A stretch of 63,841 nucleotides of DNA, counting the filler, from Stramenopiles sp. TOSAG23-3 (Eukaryota): NCBI GenBank assembly GCA_900128585.1. It is 13 parts of 13 records of this genome, joined end to end, with 100 filler letters (N's around TTAATTAATTAA, not from the genome) between each part and the next. Parts side by side here need not be neighbours in the genome. Positions count along the whole stretch, not along the records: positions 19,774 to 26,253 come from LT643308.1; positions 26,354 to 32,833 come from LT643309.1; 11 more parts are not named here. One strand, 5' to 3'. The translations under genes and the position numbers were made by a program. The notes beneath the pieces are model-generated. The model saw only the letters and a list, made by a program, of their open reading frames with translations, ran no database searches and was not told where the DNA came from. Numbering within the stretch: position 1 is the first letter of the stretch; every line of letters begins with the position of its first letter. Of the stretch, positions 21,402-31,076 are shown one piece after another.

Positions 21402-21555
21402 TTGGGACGTTCGCAGAAGATAAAATTTTTCCTGTTCCCCCCCGCCCCCCGTTCGTTATTCAAATAGTGGCAATAATAATATCAATTGGTAAGGACTTAC
21501 TATAACAAAGTTTTATTACATTATATACATTAACACAGAAAATTATATCATTAAA

Positions 21556-21600
21556 GCTAAATTTAATTACTTAAATAACAACAGCCAATTTTCTTGTTAT
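21556..21600 (-). repeat. 3'-intergenic element A, copy 2
   Basis: Reverse complement ATAACAAGAAAATTGGCTGTTGTTATTTAAGTAATTAAATTTAGC. Confidence 0.9.
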
Positions 21601-21868
21601 AAAAAATTATATTTTATCGTTAAGTTTAAAAACAACAGTAAAATCCCTTATTTTCTTCTATAAATGATTTTATATGTACACCACGTAGTATACTATAACA
21701 ATGATGAATACCGTTACATAAATTATTACCTAATCTTTTACTTCTTTACACATTAGACGATTACATTATCAATGCAGGATTCAATATAATGGTTTATTTT
21801 CCAAGAAACTGCGCGGAGAACGAAGAGCACCCGGAAAGAAAGATCAACGGGGAAAGTGCGCGTTCAGT

Positions 21869-23716
21869 ATGAAGTCTTCGTATTCGACAATAGAGTTGTA
21901 CCGAAAGGATGGGCGGGCCCAAGCGTTGGCGACACCAAGGGCCTGCGTTAGCCTTCGGAGGCACCCCGTAGAAAGCATGCCAGGGCCACCCAAGGGTTTG
22001 ACTCTGTTGAAAAGCCATTCGGAGCCAGTCTTCAAGAAAATGAGATCCTTTGCAAATTTGAAATTGGTCAACAACATGCCGCGCAGCCACCGGTTGTTGT
22101 CGATTGAACGGGCGTTCAGTGAACGTCCACGGCTTGGAACGCTGAAAGAAAAACTAGAAATTCCAAAGCGAATGTTGCCCGCACCGCAAACCATCGACCC
22201 GATAAACAGGACCCGCGGCCAGTCGGCTCTCTTTAGGACCCCAGATATTTCGGCGCAGCCTAAAGTGCGGATGAAAATGCCCCTGGGCATCCCAGACGCG
22301 TTCAAAACCGACGAAGCCCTTGTGCACTTTTTAATAGGGGAGCCGAAATGCAGGGTTTTGAACCTTACCAACATGACGTTTGTACAGAAGCGGACAGTGT
22401 GCCAGCTTCCAAGGTACGCCCCAGTGTTGAATGCCATCAGCCTTTCGAATTTAAAATTTGTTGACGATTCGGTAATTGGGGCGATTGTACAGATAAAATC
22501 CATAGAGCAAATAGAAGCTTGTGGCTGCCCTTTGTTGACTACTGCAGGCCTGTACAAACGTGTGTTCCCGTTCACAAAGAACTTAATCTCTCTTCGGTTA
22601 GACCGATCCGTTTTGAATACCGGACAAAAAAAGTACAAGCACTTAGTCAAGGAAACCATCTGCATCAGCGGGGACACGGTTGCCAAAGAGGACGCCGAGT
22701 TCTTGTTTCGCTTGTTCTCCAACAACCCAAAGTTGAGAGAGCTATCTCTTGCGGGCTGCAGCTTGAGCAGCATCCACTTTCAGTACTTGAGCAGCTTGCT
22801 GTCCATGAAAGTACCCCTTTCCAACGATCCAGCAGAAGGGGGACAAGGGTGGCAGAACTACAACGCATGGGTGCGGTGCGACGAACCTGCCAGTGAGATG
22901 GTGGTGGAACCCTCCCTGATTTTGGGCGGCGAGGTGAACGCGAAGGAAGAGAAGCCCAAGGGCGAGGAAGAAAATATTGTCATTCCACAAGTGGGTCTGC
23001 TCGCAGACAACTCACGTGTCATTGAGTCCATGCAGGATTCACTCACTATCAATGTCAAGACAAACGTCATGCTGGGGCTGCAAAAGTTGGACCTGTCTTA
23101 CATACAGGGGGTGTCGCACGATGCCATTTGCAGCCTCTTCGTTCTCTGTCATCGCCTAAAGCACCTTAGAGTACAGTGCTGGGACGCTTTGTCGGATAAA
23201 ACTTTGAAAGCGATTAGTCGTGCTTGCCCACGACTGCAGACGATTGATGCAAGCGGGTGCAAAAGCATCACAGAGAATGGCGTCGAAGACATTTCGAACA
23301 AGTGTTCAATGCTAGAGCAGGTAGTGTTGAGTGGATGCAGCGGCATTTCTCGTTTTCAGTCCCTGAAACACTTGAAACGGCTGTGCGTTTTAGACGTGGG
23401 GAACACAAAGATCAAGGAAGAAGATTTGGACGTGATTGTCAGCGAGTGCAGCTTCTTAGGGCGAGTCGATGTATCCTTTGCAAAGCACATCACTGCAGAC
23501 TATGTGAACGAGCTATGCGAAGAAATGCAAACGGATAGGAACCCCTTTGTAGTCGTTTACAAACAACGGCGAAAGCAAGTGAGCGAACTTGCGAGAATTC
23601 GGATGAACATAGAAGTACTAAAGTCGAAGGCAGCAAAGAACCGACAACTTTCCCCGACGAAGAAAAAAGGAAAGAAAGGCAAGAAGAAGAAAAGAAAGGG
23701 AAAGAAGAAACGCTAA
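21869..23716 (+). CDS. Cysteine-containing LRR (FBXL/AMN1-type) protein with poly-Lys tail
   Basis: LQTIDASGCKSITENGV, LEQVVLSGCSGIS, LRELSLAGC; tail KKKGKKGKKKKRKGKKKR. Confidence 0.8.
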   Translation: MKSSYSTIELYRKDGRAQALATPRACVSLRRHPVESMPGPPKGLTLLKSHSEPVFKKMRSFANLKLVNNMPRSHRLLSIERAFSERPRLGTLKEKLEIPKRMLPAPQTIDPINRTRGQSALFRTPDISAQPKVRMKMPLGIPDAFKTDEALVHFLIGEPKCRVLNLTNMTFVQKRTVCQLPRYAPVLNAISLSNLKFVDDSVIGAIVQIKSIEQIEACGCPLLTTAGLYKRVFPFTKNLISLRLDRSVLNTGQKKYKHLVKETICISGDTVAKEDAEFLFRLFSNNPKLRELSLAGCSLSSIHFQYLSSLLSMKVPLSNDPAEGGQGWQNYNAWVRCDEPASEMVVEPSLILGGEVNAKEEKPKGEEENIVIPQVGLLADNSRVIESMQDSLTINVKTNVMLGLQKLDLSYIQGVSHDAICSLFVLCHRLKHLRVQCWDALSDKTLKAISRACPRLQTIDASGCKSITENGVEDISNKCSMLEQVVLSGCSGISRFQSLKHLKRLCVLDVGNTKIKEEDLDVIVSECSFLGRVDVSFAKHITADYVNELCEEMQTDRNPFVVVYKQRRKQVSELARIRMNIEVLKSKAAKNRQLSPTKKKGKKGKKKKRKGKKKR

Positions 23717-23735
23717 ATTAAACCAGTGTTCGTGA

Positions 23736-23770
23736 GAAAAATCGGCTGTTATTTAAGTAATTAAAATTTA
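23736..23770 (+). repeat. 3'-intergenic element A, copy 3
   Basis: GAAAAATCGGCTGTTATTTAAGTAATTAAAATTTA, 20 bp after the stop at 23716. Confidence 0.85.
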
Positions 23771-23983
23771 TCTTCCTCATGTACCGTACCGCAAAAAACA
23801 ATTTTTTTAAAATTCACAACTTTTTTAGATAACATCTATCCGGTGGTGCGTCCACCAGATGCTGTTTACATGTACATCTTTCAATATTTTTTTCTCGCGG
23901 TGGCATCGTCCGCACCACAACAATGCAAATTATAGCGCGAAAAACCTAGAATGTCTAAATCTAGATTTCAGTTCGCAGTACAT

Positions 23984-24025
23984 TAATTTTAATTACTTGT
24001 AAATAACAGCCAATTTTCTTGTTTT
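23984..24025 (-). repeat. 3'-intergenic element A, copy 4
   Basis: Reverse complement AAAACAAGAAAATTGGCTGTTATTTACAAGTAATTAAAATTA, 55 bp after the stop at 24080. Confidence 0.9.
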
Positions 24026-24079
24026 AATTTTTGTTTTCTCCAAACATACCAAACATCTTAAATTTATTCACTTTTCTCT

Positions 24080-25993
24080 CTACGAGATAGTGCACCACCA
24101 GCCCGAGCCGCTTTCGTCATCGTCCATTGTTTCTACGTGCTGGCCGCCGTAACTAAACCGGGTCGTCTCCTCATAGTGCTGCAGTTTCGCCATCTTTCGT
24201 TTTCCTTCTGGCGTCTGAAAGAAGGACCTCAGGTTCTCCAGTTCGGACTTGGTCGTCTCCTTTCCCATTTCGTCGTACTCTTCCTCGGAAACCAAATTGC
24301 GGTAGTACGCAGGATCGACGGAGTAGTACCATTGGTACAGCTGCAAGAACCTGTAAAATAAGATTCTTCGAAAGTACAGGCAAAACACGACGACTGCGCT
24401 CACTAGCCCGTTGGACGTGCACCGGCAGAGCATGCCGTACCCACAGAAATGCCAAAACCGCGACAGTAAAATCTGCTCCCACGGGCGGTGAACGACCTCA
24501 TCCTCTCGGCCAAATTCATCCGTCTCTGGCTCCTTGGAAACGACGCTTTTGAAAAGTTTGAACTTCCAAACAATCCACGAACCCAAAAACCCGCAACACG
24601 TTACCAGGCACTTAATGCTCGTGGACCACCAAAATTCTGACCCGTTCGGCGCCAGGCAGGACTTTCTCACGCAAAAGTAGTAGTGAACGATGTTGAGGCA
24701 CTGGGGGTAAATGATGTTGTTCCACATTGGTCCCAGCATCGATATTGCCAAGATTGGGGTAGCAGTCCATGCCAAGTTCCGTATGAACGATATGGGTATG
24801 GCTTGCTGCGTGCCTTTTACAAAATTGTACACCAAGAACACCACCGCGGCGACCGCCCCAAGGGCGTAGCCTAGAATGTAGTGGGTCCAGCGGGTTTCCG
24901 CCACCACCGCGGCGTTCTGGATGATCGTAGAGCCGGCCACCAGGTTCTTCAAGTACTTGAGGTCATACTGAGTGTACAATTCCATAGTGTACGCCGGCGG
25001 CTCGTACGCCGCGTCTGGCTTAGCATCGCGGATTCGAACGCAAACGTTATTCCATGGCCCCACCGTTAGCGCGCACCAGCCTTTCCCCCGGAGACCCTCG
25101 TTCACGCATTCCACGTTCCCCAAGGGCACCGGCAGCGTGCCCCGGCACTCCTTGAACTTGTCTTTCGACCACCCGTAGCATTGCTTGGGGAGGTGTCCGC
25201 AGCCACCCTTTCGGCCGATCTCCGAGGTTCTCGAGCACTCTGGGCACGTCCCGAACAGCCCCGTTATGTAGTCCGTCCAGCCTTCGCTGAGCATACCGAA
25301 GCTCAAAATAATCTCCCTGAAGCTGTTTTGAATGTTGATCGGCCGCTCGGTCAAAAGTATCCATTTGACGGACATGGTGGAAAAATCAAATTTGGGAATC
25401 GAAGGGTGAAAGCTGGTCCAAAATTTACAGAACATGTTCGAGTCCCTCGTAACGTCCATGATGACGAACCCCTGGTCATTGGACCACCCGTCCGTGCTGA
25501 CATTGAACACTGCGGTTTTAAAGAGCCGAGACGACATCCCGAATATGTCCACCAGGTTCGGCTGCGGAAGGCAGTGCCACTGGTTCCCGCTGCCCTCGGA
25601 CATTTCAAACCTTTCTCGTGGGTTTCCGAACGTGTGCTTCGACCCGGACACAAAATCATCGTGGATGGTTCCTGCCAGCCTGAGGTAGTCGCGCGCGGAC
25701 TCGTCGATGTCATGGAGGGCGTTGAACAGTTTCTTGAAGGCGGACGGAATACTATGCTTCACCCGGGAACCGGAGGTGCCCTTTGGCCTCTTTCCCTGAT
25801 GTGCTCTGGACCCACGGGGTTGTCTTGCTCGTTTACTACCGCTGACGGTCTCTTTTGCAGGGCGCGTCGGGGTCTCGCGGCGAGCCTTGCTCGACTCACC
25901 CGCCGTGTCGTCTATCTTGCCATTGCCAAAGGCGATGTTTGAAAACACAAGGCAAACAGACAAACAAAAGGCAAGTCGTACACTGATCTTCAT
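24080..25993 (-). CDS. Nuclear envelope integral membrane protein (NEMP/TMEM194-like)
   Basis: Signal peptide, several TM segments, C-terminal LVSEEEYDEMGKETTKSELENLRSFFQTPE...RFSYGGQHV resembling the NEMP motif (LLTEEEY...ET..AL.ELR.FC.SP...F..G..H). Confidence 0.75.
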   Translation of the reverse strand: MKISVRLAFCLSVCLVFSNIAFGNGKIDDTAGESSKARRETPTRPAKETVSGSKRARQPRGSRAHQGKRPKGTSGSRVKHSIPSAFKKLFNALHDIDESARDYLRLAGTIHDDFVSGSKHTFGNPRERFEMSEGSGNQWHCLPQPNLVDIFGMSSRLFKTAVFNVSTDGWSNDQGFVIMDVTRDSNMFCKFWTSFHPSIPKFDFSTMSVKWILLTERPINIQNSFREIILSFGMLSEGWTDYITGLFGTCPECSRTSEIGRKGGCGHLPKQCYGWSKDKFKECRGTLPVPLGNVECVNEGLRGKGWCALTVGPWNNVCVRIRDAKPDAAYEPPAYTMELYTQYDLKYLKNLVAGSTIIQNAAVVAETRWTHYILGYALGAVAAVVFLVYNFVKGTQQAIPISFIRNLAWTATPILAISMLGPMWNNIIYPQCLNIVHYYFCVRKSCLAPNGSEFWWSTSIKCLVTCCGFLGSWIVWKFKLFKSVVSKEPETDEFGREDEVVHRPWEQILLSRFWHFCGYGMLCRCTSNGLVSAVVVFCLYFRRILFYRFLQLYQWYYSVDPAYYRNLVSEEEYDEMGKETTKSELENLRSFFQTPEGKRKMAKLQHYEETTRFSYGGQHVETMDDDESGSGWWCTIS

Positions 25994-26353
25994 CGTCGGC
26001 GGGAGGCTGGTGTTCCTACGGTAGTACTAGACACACACAAAGAAAGGAAGAGAGGAAGGACTCTTTAATATTCAAATAAATAAAGGGGAAAAAAAAGAAA
26101 CACAAAACAAGCTACTTCGATAATAAGCTTTAAAATTATTTGACCTCCCTCTTTCTTTCTTTGGTTCTTTGTTGTTGTTGAGATTCATAAGGATCTTTAT
26201 TCATTCCTTTATTCAATTTTTCAATTATTAATAGAAAGCAATGGTCCACACTTNNNNNNNNNNNNNNNNNNNNNNNNNNNNNNNNNNNNNNNNNNNNTTA
26301 ATTAATTAANNNNNNNNNNNNNNNNNNNNNNNNNNNNNNNNNNNNNNNNNNNN

Positions 26354-27732
26354 GTGCTGTCCGTAATGGTACTGACGCTGGCACAGTTCTGTTTTTTAGG
26401 CGAAGCGAAAAAGAAATTTCAAAAATGCCCGTTGCACGCCAAGAAAGTTAGTATTGCGATCACAAAGTTGAAGTCGCAGCAAGAGTGTCGTTTTTTATCC
26501 GTCCTAGTGCCCGTAAAGGACGAGGACGTTCCTGCTCTCGCCGACGCACTCGCCGAGAACACAGTAAGTCCCACCACCCCCTCCCTCCCTCACTTCCCTT
26601 CCTTTCCCTTTCCCTACCCCCTACCCCCGTGCGAACCTTGCCTAACATTGACACTGGTTTCCCGTCTTATTTTTGAACGCAGGGCGTCGAGTCGTTTTTT
26701 CTTGGCCCAAAATGCAAGCTATCGGATTATGGCATCAAAACGGTAATGGAAGCGGTCGCTCGGAACAAGCACCTGTCGACCTTCGGGTTGTGGAGCGAGG
26801 ACACCACGGATTATGCCCTGGAACAGGTGGGAAAGATGCTTGAATCGAACGACGTGGTCGAGAGCCTGTCCATTGACAACGCAGACCTCGTCACTGGCAA
26901 AGGGGTGGAGAGCATAGGGAATGGCCTCATGAAGAACAGGAACGTCAAGACGATTACCCTGCGAGTAGGAAAAACCAGCGACGAGAGCATGCTGCCCCTG
27001 TTCAGGACCCTCTCGAAGCCGGACTCGCCAGTCCGCATGCTAACGTTTACGACGAAGAGCGAGGAAGAGAGCGAACGCTTCGGGGACCGGGCGGCCATAG
27101 CCCTGTCCCAGCACCTGGAGAAGAACAAGGAACTCCTGGTTTTGAACCTGCAGCATACAAACATCGGGGACATCGGTGCCACTGCCATTTTTCAAGCGTT
27201 GGCGAACCATACGGAGCTGAACCATTTGGCGCTGCGCAACTGCAGCAAAATAACGGACGCCGGGGGCGTCATCATCGGGCAGTACATTGAGTCGGACCCG
27301 GGGCTGACAGAGCTCATGCTGGACCACTCCTCCATCGGCGACCAGGGCGCGCGCTACATTGGAAAGGCCCTGTCCAAGAATTCTCACTTGGACACCCTGT
27401 CCCTGGTGAACACCCCCATCTCCGACACCGGGGCACTTGCGATTGTAAGTGGTATGAACGACAACATGATTCTCACGGACGTGGTCCTGCGCCGCACCGG
27501 CCGGAACGTGAGGGAGATGTGGCGCGAAGCATTGTTGCCAAAGATCGAAAAGGACACCGAAAAAATGCTCGCTGACATACTGAAACGAAACAAAGAATGG
27601 AAGCCGCTTGTCCACAGGTTGGCTGAGTTGGAGGGCAAAACTGCCGCCGCCGCCGCGGCCGCGGCCAGAGGCGAACAGGACGACGATTCGTCCCAGACGA
27701 CCACGGCCGGCGAACGCCATTCCGAATTGTGA
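26354..27732 (+). CDS. RI-type LRR protein with signal-peptide-like N-terminus and C-terminal HSEL; two exons (26354-26563, 26683-27732), 5'-partial
   Basis: Splicing the intron joins ...ADALAENT|GVESFFLG... in frame; 28-aa LRRs (LNLQHTNIGDIGATAI). Confidence 0.85.
26564..26682 (+). other. Spliceosomal intron (119 nt, phase 0)
   Basis: GTAAGT donor, C/T-rich body, CTAAC branch point at 26642, CGCAG acceptor; restores the frame. Confidence 0.92.
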
Positions 27733-28387
27733 AAATATTTTAATAATTTTTAAATTTGTAAACCACACAGGTGAAATGATGTTGAAAAAAGAAATGGTGC
27801 TCTTAATGCAATGTAGTATACATCTCAATATACTTTTTTAAAAAGAGTTTTATTACATCTGAGCCTGAGATTTCAATCAATCAATCATTAAAATGTCAAA
27901 CAAAATGGCCTAAAACTATATAACTAAACATATTATACCAACATCCTCCATGTCTTTCTTCAATGTGTTTTAAAAACGACAAATCTTTTTTTGTGTTTTA
28001 GTTGAACAACACAATGAAACCAAAACTCTTCTAGCAGGGACAAACCGTACGGTATTATTAATAATACTACGGTTAAAAGGAAAGGAGGTGGAGAAAAGAA
28101 GAAGAAGAGTGTTGTTCGTTAGAAGAAGAAGATGGTGGCCGTCGTGGTGGTGGTTCTTATATTTGGTTATTTGGTTATTTGGTTTGGAGGATGACGATGA
28201 TGACGATGACAAAGTTGTTTCTTGTTGTTGTCATTGCATGCAACAGTTAGTACATTTGTTGCTGTTCTATTCTTTTAAGAAACGACTAATTCTTCTCTTA
28301 CCACCCGTGTGTTCTCTTGGAACAAACCAAGAAACGCCATAGTCAGTGGGGGGGGTGAGTGCGCCTGGACCGTGACGAACAGAACAA

Positions 28388-30793
28388 ATGTCCTCCCCCG
28401 GCTCTCCGTCGTCGGGCAAGAAGAAGAAGCGAAAACCCACCAACTACGAGGAAAAGTGGAAGCACAAGTACGACGTGCACTTTCGTGATTGGGAAATAAA
28501 CGAGCTGAAGAACCTCGTCGATGTGGTAGAAGAGGCACCAGAGGATTTGGGGCACAAAGCGCGCTGGAAATGGATTGCCAAGTCCATGACGACAGAGCGA
28601 GTTTTCACGATATACGACTGCCACCACGCGTACTCGGAGCATCGGTTGTACCTGGAAAGAAAGCGCGAGGCGAAGTTGAAGGCCATAGAAGATAGAAAAG
28701 AAAAAGACAAGCGGCGCGAAGAGTTCAAACGGAAACGGGCGGAGACCCAGAGAGAATGGAACTCTCAGTACGAAATTCGGTTGGAAAGGGACGCGCACCG
28801 CAGTGCCTGCACGTGCAAGGCGGTCGAAAAGTGCAGGACAATCGAAGAGTTGCACCATACGTTTCGCAATTTGTTGGATGAGGAGGAGGGCCTGGAGAAC
28901 GGGATTGGCGACCCAGGGGTATGGATAAAAACAATCGAGGACACGTTTGCAGTAAAAGAAGTGTCCGAAGACGGAGATGCGCGCTTTTCGATGCAAGTTG
29001 AAGGGGCGCCCTGGACGGAGGAGACGAAGCGGCTGTACGCGTTGCTGGTAAACCAGCACGGGCGAATGTACACGAACGCGTTCGTGGGAGCGGACATACA
29101 GGCGGCTATCAAGCGCTGCGAAAATGCCTTGGTGCGGTCTTCCGACTACGGCGAATGTGTCAGGACATTGTCGGGCCCCATAACCCGCCTGGTGGCGACC
29201 AAGTGCGGGGGAAAGTACTACCAAATGGACAAGTTCAAAGAAGACAGCGCTTCGAGCGATGAAGGTGGGGAGGAAGACCCTGCGGAGGGAAGCAACGTAG
29301 AGAACCTGGGCATCGCCCAAGTGTACTTCCACAGTGCCACCGCGCGGTACCAGATTGTCGTAGCTAGCAATTACAACCATGCAATAAGTCCGTCCAGGTC
29401 CTTTCGGCAGCATGTGCGATTGGGGCTGCAGGAAGCTGGGGCAGCGCTAGAGTGTTTTGCTTCCTGCAAACCGGTGCCGGATGGCAGCATGGGAACATCA
29501 TCCAGCCCGTGGGCCCGACTCAATGCCCTCGCAGCCCAGCTGTATGGGCGCGCCCTGGCGTGCTCTGGGTACGTTACGGGGCTGGGGGCGTGGAAAACTA
29601 CGCACGACGAACGCCGGAGCGCTGCGCAGGTTACAATCGAGAAAACCGCTGACGTGATGGTCGAATCGCTTGTTGCCGTCGCGCTGGAGGAAGAGCGCGC
29701 TGCGGCGTTCCAAAGGCTTAGAGACAACGAAAAGCGCAGGCTAAAGAAGTTAACCGTGGAGGGATTGAACAGAGAGATCGAGGGAATGCGCAAGCAGTAC
29801 CGTGCTGTGAAAAAGACCATCTCGAAAGTGGGAGCAAGGGCACAAAAGCAGTGCGATGAACTGAGGGAAACAATCAAAGCGACAGAAGACGACAAGGTGT
29901 TCGTTCTTGCTAGGGAGCGCGCAAAGCGCGAAGAAAAGAACAATTTTGCCAAAATGGACGCCAAGCGGACGTTGAAGAAGCGCTTGGACGCGACGATAGG
30001 AATCCGGGAGCCAGAAATCTTGCCAGACGTTCACGCGTTGGCGCAGAAGAAGGAAGAGGAGTATCGCTTGAACATCTCAACAATACGGGAGCGAGTGGCC
30101 AATGTGTTTACGCCGCGAGCAACAGACTTTAAATCTGCAGAGTCCCAGCTTGTGAAGTCTTACCATGCCATCCGAGCCGACGAGGAGCACGCTGGAAGCT
30201 ACCCCGCTCTGCCAAGGTACCTGAACAAAAACTGGGAACGGACCCTTGGGTCGGATTACATAGACAAAGATGACGACGACAGCGACGAAAAAGGGGAGGA
30301 GGAAACCGCAGGTAAGCATGCAGCAGAAAAAAGGGGAGTCATGAATTGGATGGGGGGCCAATACATTTTGCCCATGTACAACGTCGCGCTTTTGTACGCA
30401 GATTTTGGACGGCTGCATTACTACATTTCCGTTGTCGCAGAAGCGGAAGGCGTCAGCATTACTGGGACCGACATCGAGCCAACCGTTCTGTACAAACAGG
30501 CCGTCAAAGAGTTTCGGACAGCGTTAGAAATACTTGAATCTTATGGCGCTTCCAGCTCTCTCCTGTACGCGGAGCTGTGCGAAGAGTTGGCCAAAGTGCA
30601 TGCACGAAGGTTGCAATGGGGAGACCAGAGCGAGGCGTTCATGCTCTGCAGCCGCGCAATAGGAATTTACACCGCCCTCGATGAATCGAAAAAGAAGCAG
30701 GAGGCGGTCGAACGATGCAACCTCTACTCCATGTACCAGATTAACGACCAAGCGATCAGAGAGTACACAGACAGGGTGGAGTCAAAGAAGTGA
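28388..30793 (+). CDS. Hypothetical 801-aa protein with SANT/Myb-like N-terminus, coiled coils and TPR-like C-terminus
   Basis: WEINELKNL...RWKWIAKSM...DCHHAY; C-terminal helical repeats (QAVKEFRTALEI, EAFMLCSRAIGIY). Confidence 0.7.
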   Translation: MSSPGSPSSGKKKKRKPTNYEEKWKHKYDVHFRDWEINELKNLVDVVEEAPEDLGHKARWKWIAKSMTTERVFTIYDCHHAYSEHRLYLERKREAKLKAIEDRKEKDKRREEFKRKRAETQREWNSQYEIRLERDAHRSACTCKAVEKCRTIEELHHTFRNLLDEEEGLENGIGDPGVWIKTIEDTFAVKEVSEDGDARFSMQVEGAPWTEETKRLYALLVNQHGRMYTNAFVGADIQAAIKRCENALVRSSDYGECVRTLSGPITRLVATKCGGKYYQMDKFKEDSASSDEGGEEDPAEGSNVENLGIAQVYFHSATARYQIVVASNYNHAISPSRSFRQHVRLGLQEAGAALECFASCKPVPDGSMGTSSSPWARLNALAAQLYGRALACSGYVTGLGAWKTTHDERRSAAQVTIEKTADVMVESLVAVALEEERAAAFQRLRDNEKRRLKKLTVEGLNREIEGMRKQYRAVKKTISKVGARAQKQCDELRETIKATEDDKVFVLARERAKREEKNNFAKMDAKRTLKKRLDATIGIREPEILPDVHALAQKKEEEYRLNISTIRERVANVFTPRATDFKSAESQLVKSYHAIRADEEHAGSYPALPRYLNKNWERTLGSDYIDKDDDDSDEKGEEETAGKHAAEKRGVMNWMGGQYILPMYNVALLYADFGRLHYYISVVAEAEGVSITGTDIEPTVLYKQAVKEFRTALEILESYGASSSLLYAELCEELAKVHARRLQWGDQSEAFMLCSRAIGIYTALDESKKKQEAVERCNLYSMYQINDQAIREYTDRVESKK

Positions 30794-30860
30794 AAGTAAA
30801 ATATCATTACTAAACATACTATAAATAATTTGTTTTTTTCATTAAATTTGAAATACAAAG

Positions 30861-30884
30861 TAACAGAGCCAATTTTTTGTTTTA
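30861..30884 (-). repeat. 3'-intergenic element A, degenerate copy 5
   Basis: Reverse complement TAAAACAAAAAATTGGCTCTGTTA between convergent genes. Confidence 0.6.
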
Positions 30885-31076
30885 TTTAATTAATATGTGT
30901 GTGGAGTGTTGCCAGTTTTTGAAAACATCAGTTTTGTGCCCTGCCGGTGAAACAAATCACTTTTAATGTACCGCGAATGTTACACACAGAGCATCTGAAT
31001 AATAACCAGGAATTTTACAATAATTCATTGGTCATCATATCCCTTCTTCAACCAAACCACCCCGCCCCCCCGTATT

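Noticed and set aside
21582-21590. Element A as a CCAAT-box promoter (contains AGCCAAT)
   Set aside because: Most copies lie between convergent stop codons, far from any start, and conservation extends well beyond the CCAAT core.
21509-27857. Shared AGTTTTATTACAT about 110 bp after two stop codons
   Set aside because: Too short and AT-rich to separate from chance without genome-wide counts; similar words occur in 5' regions.
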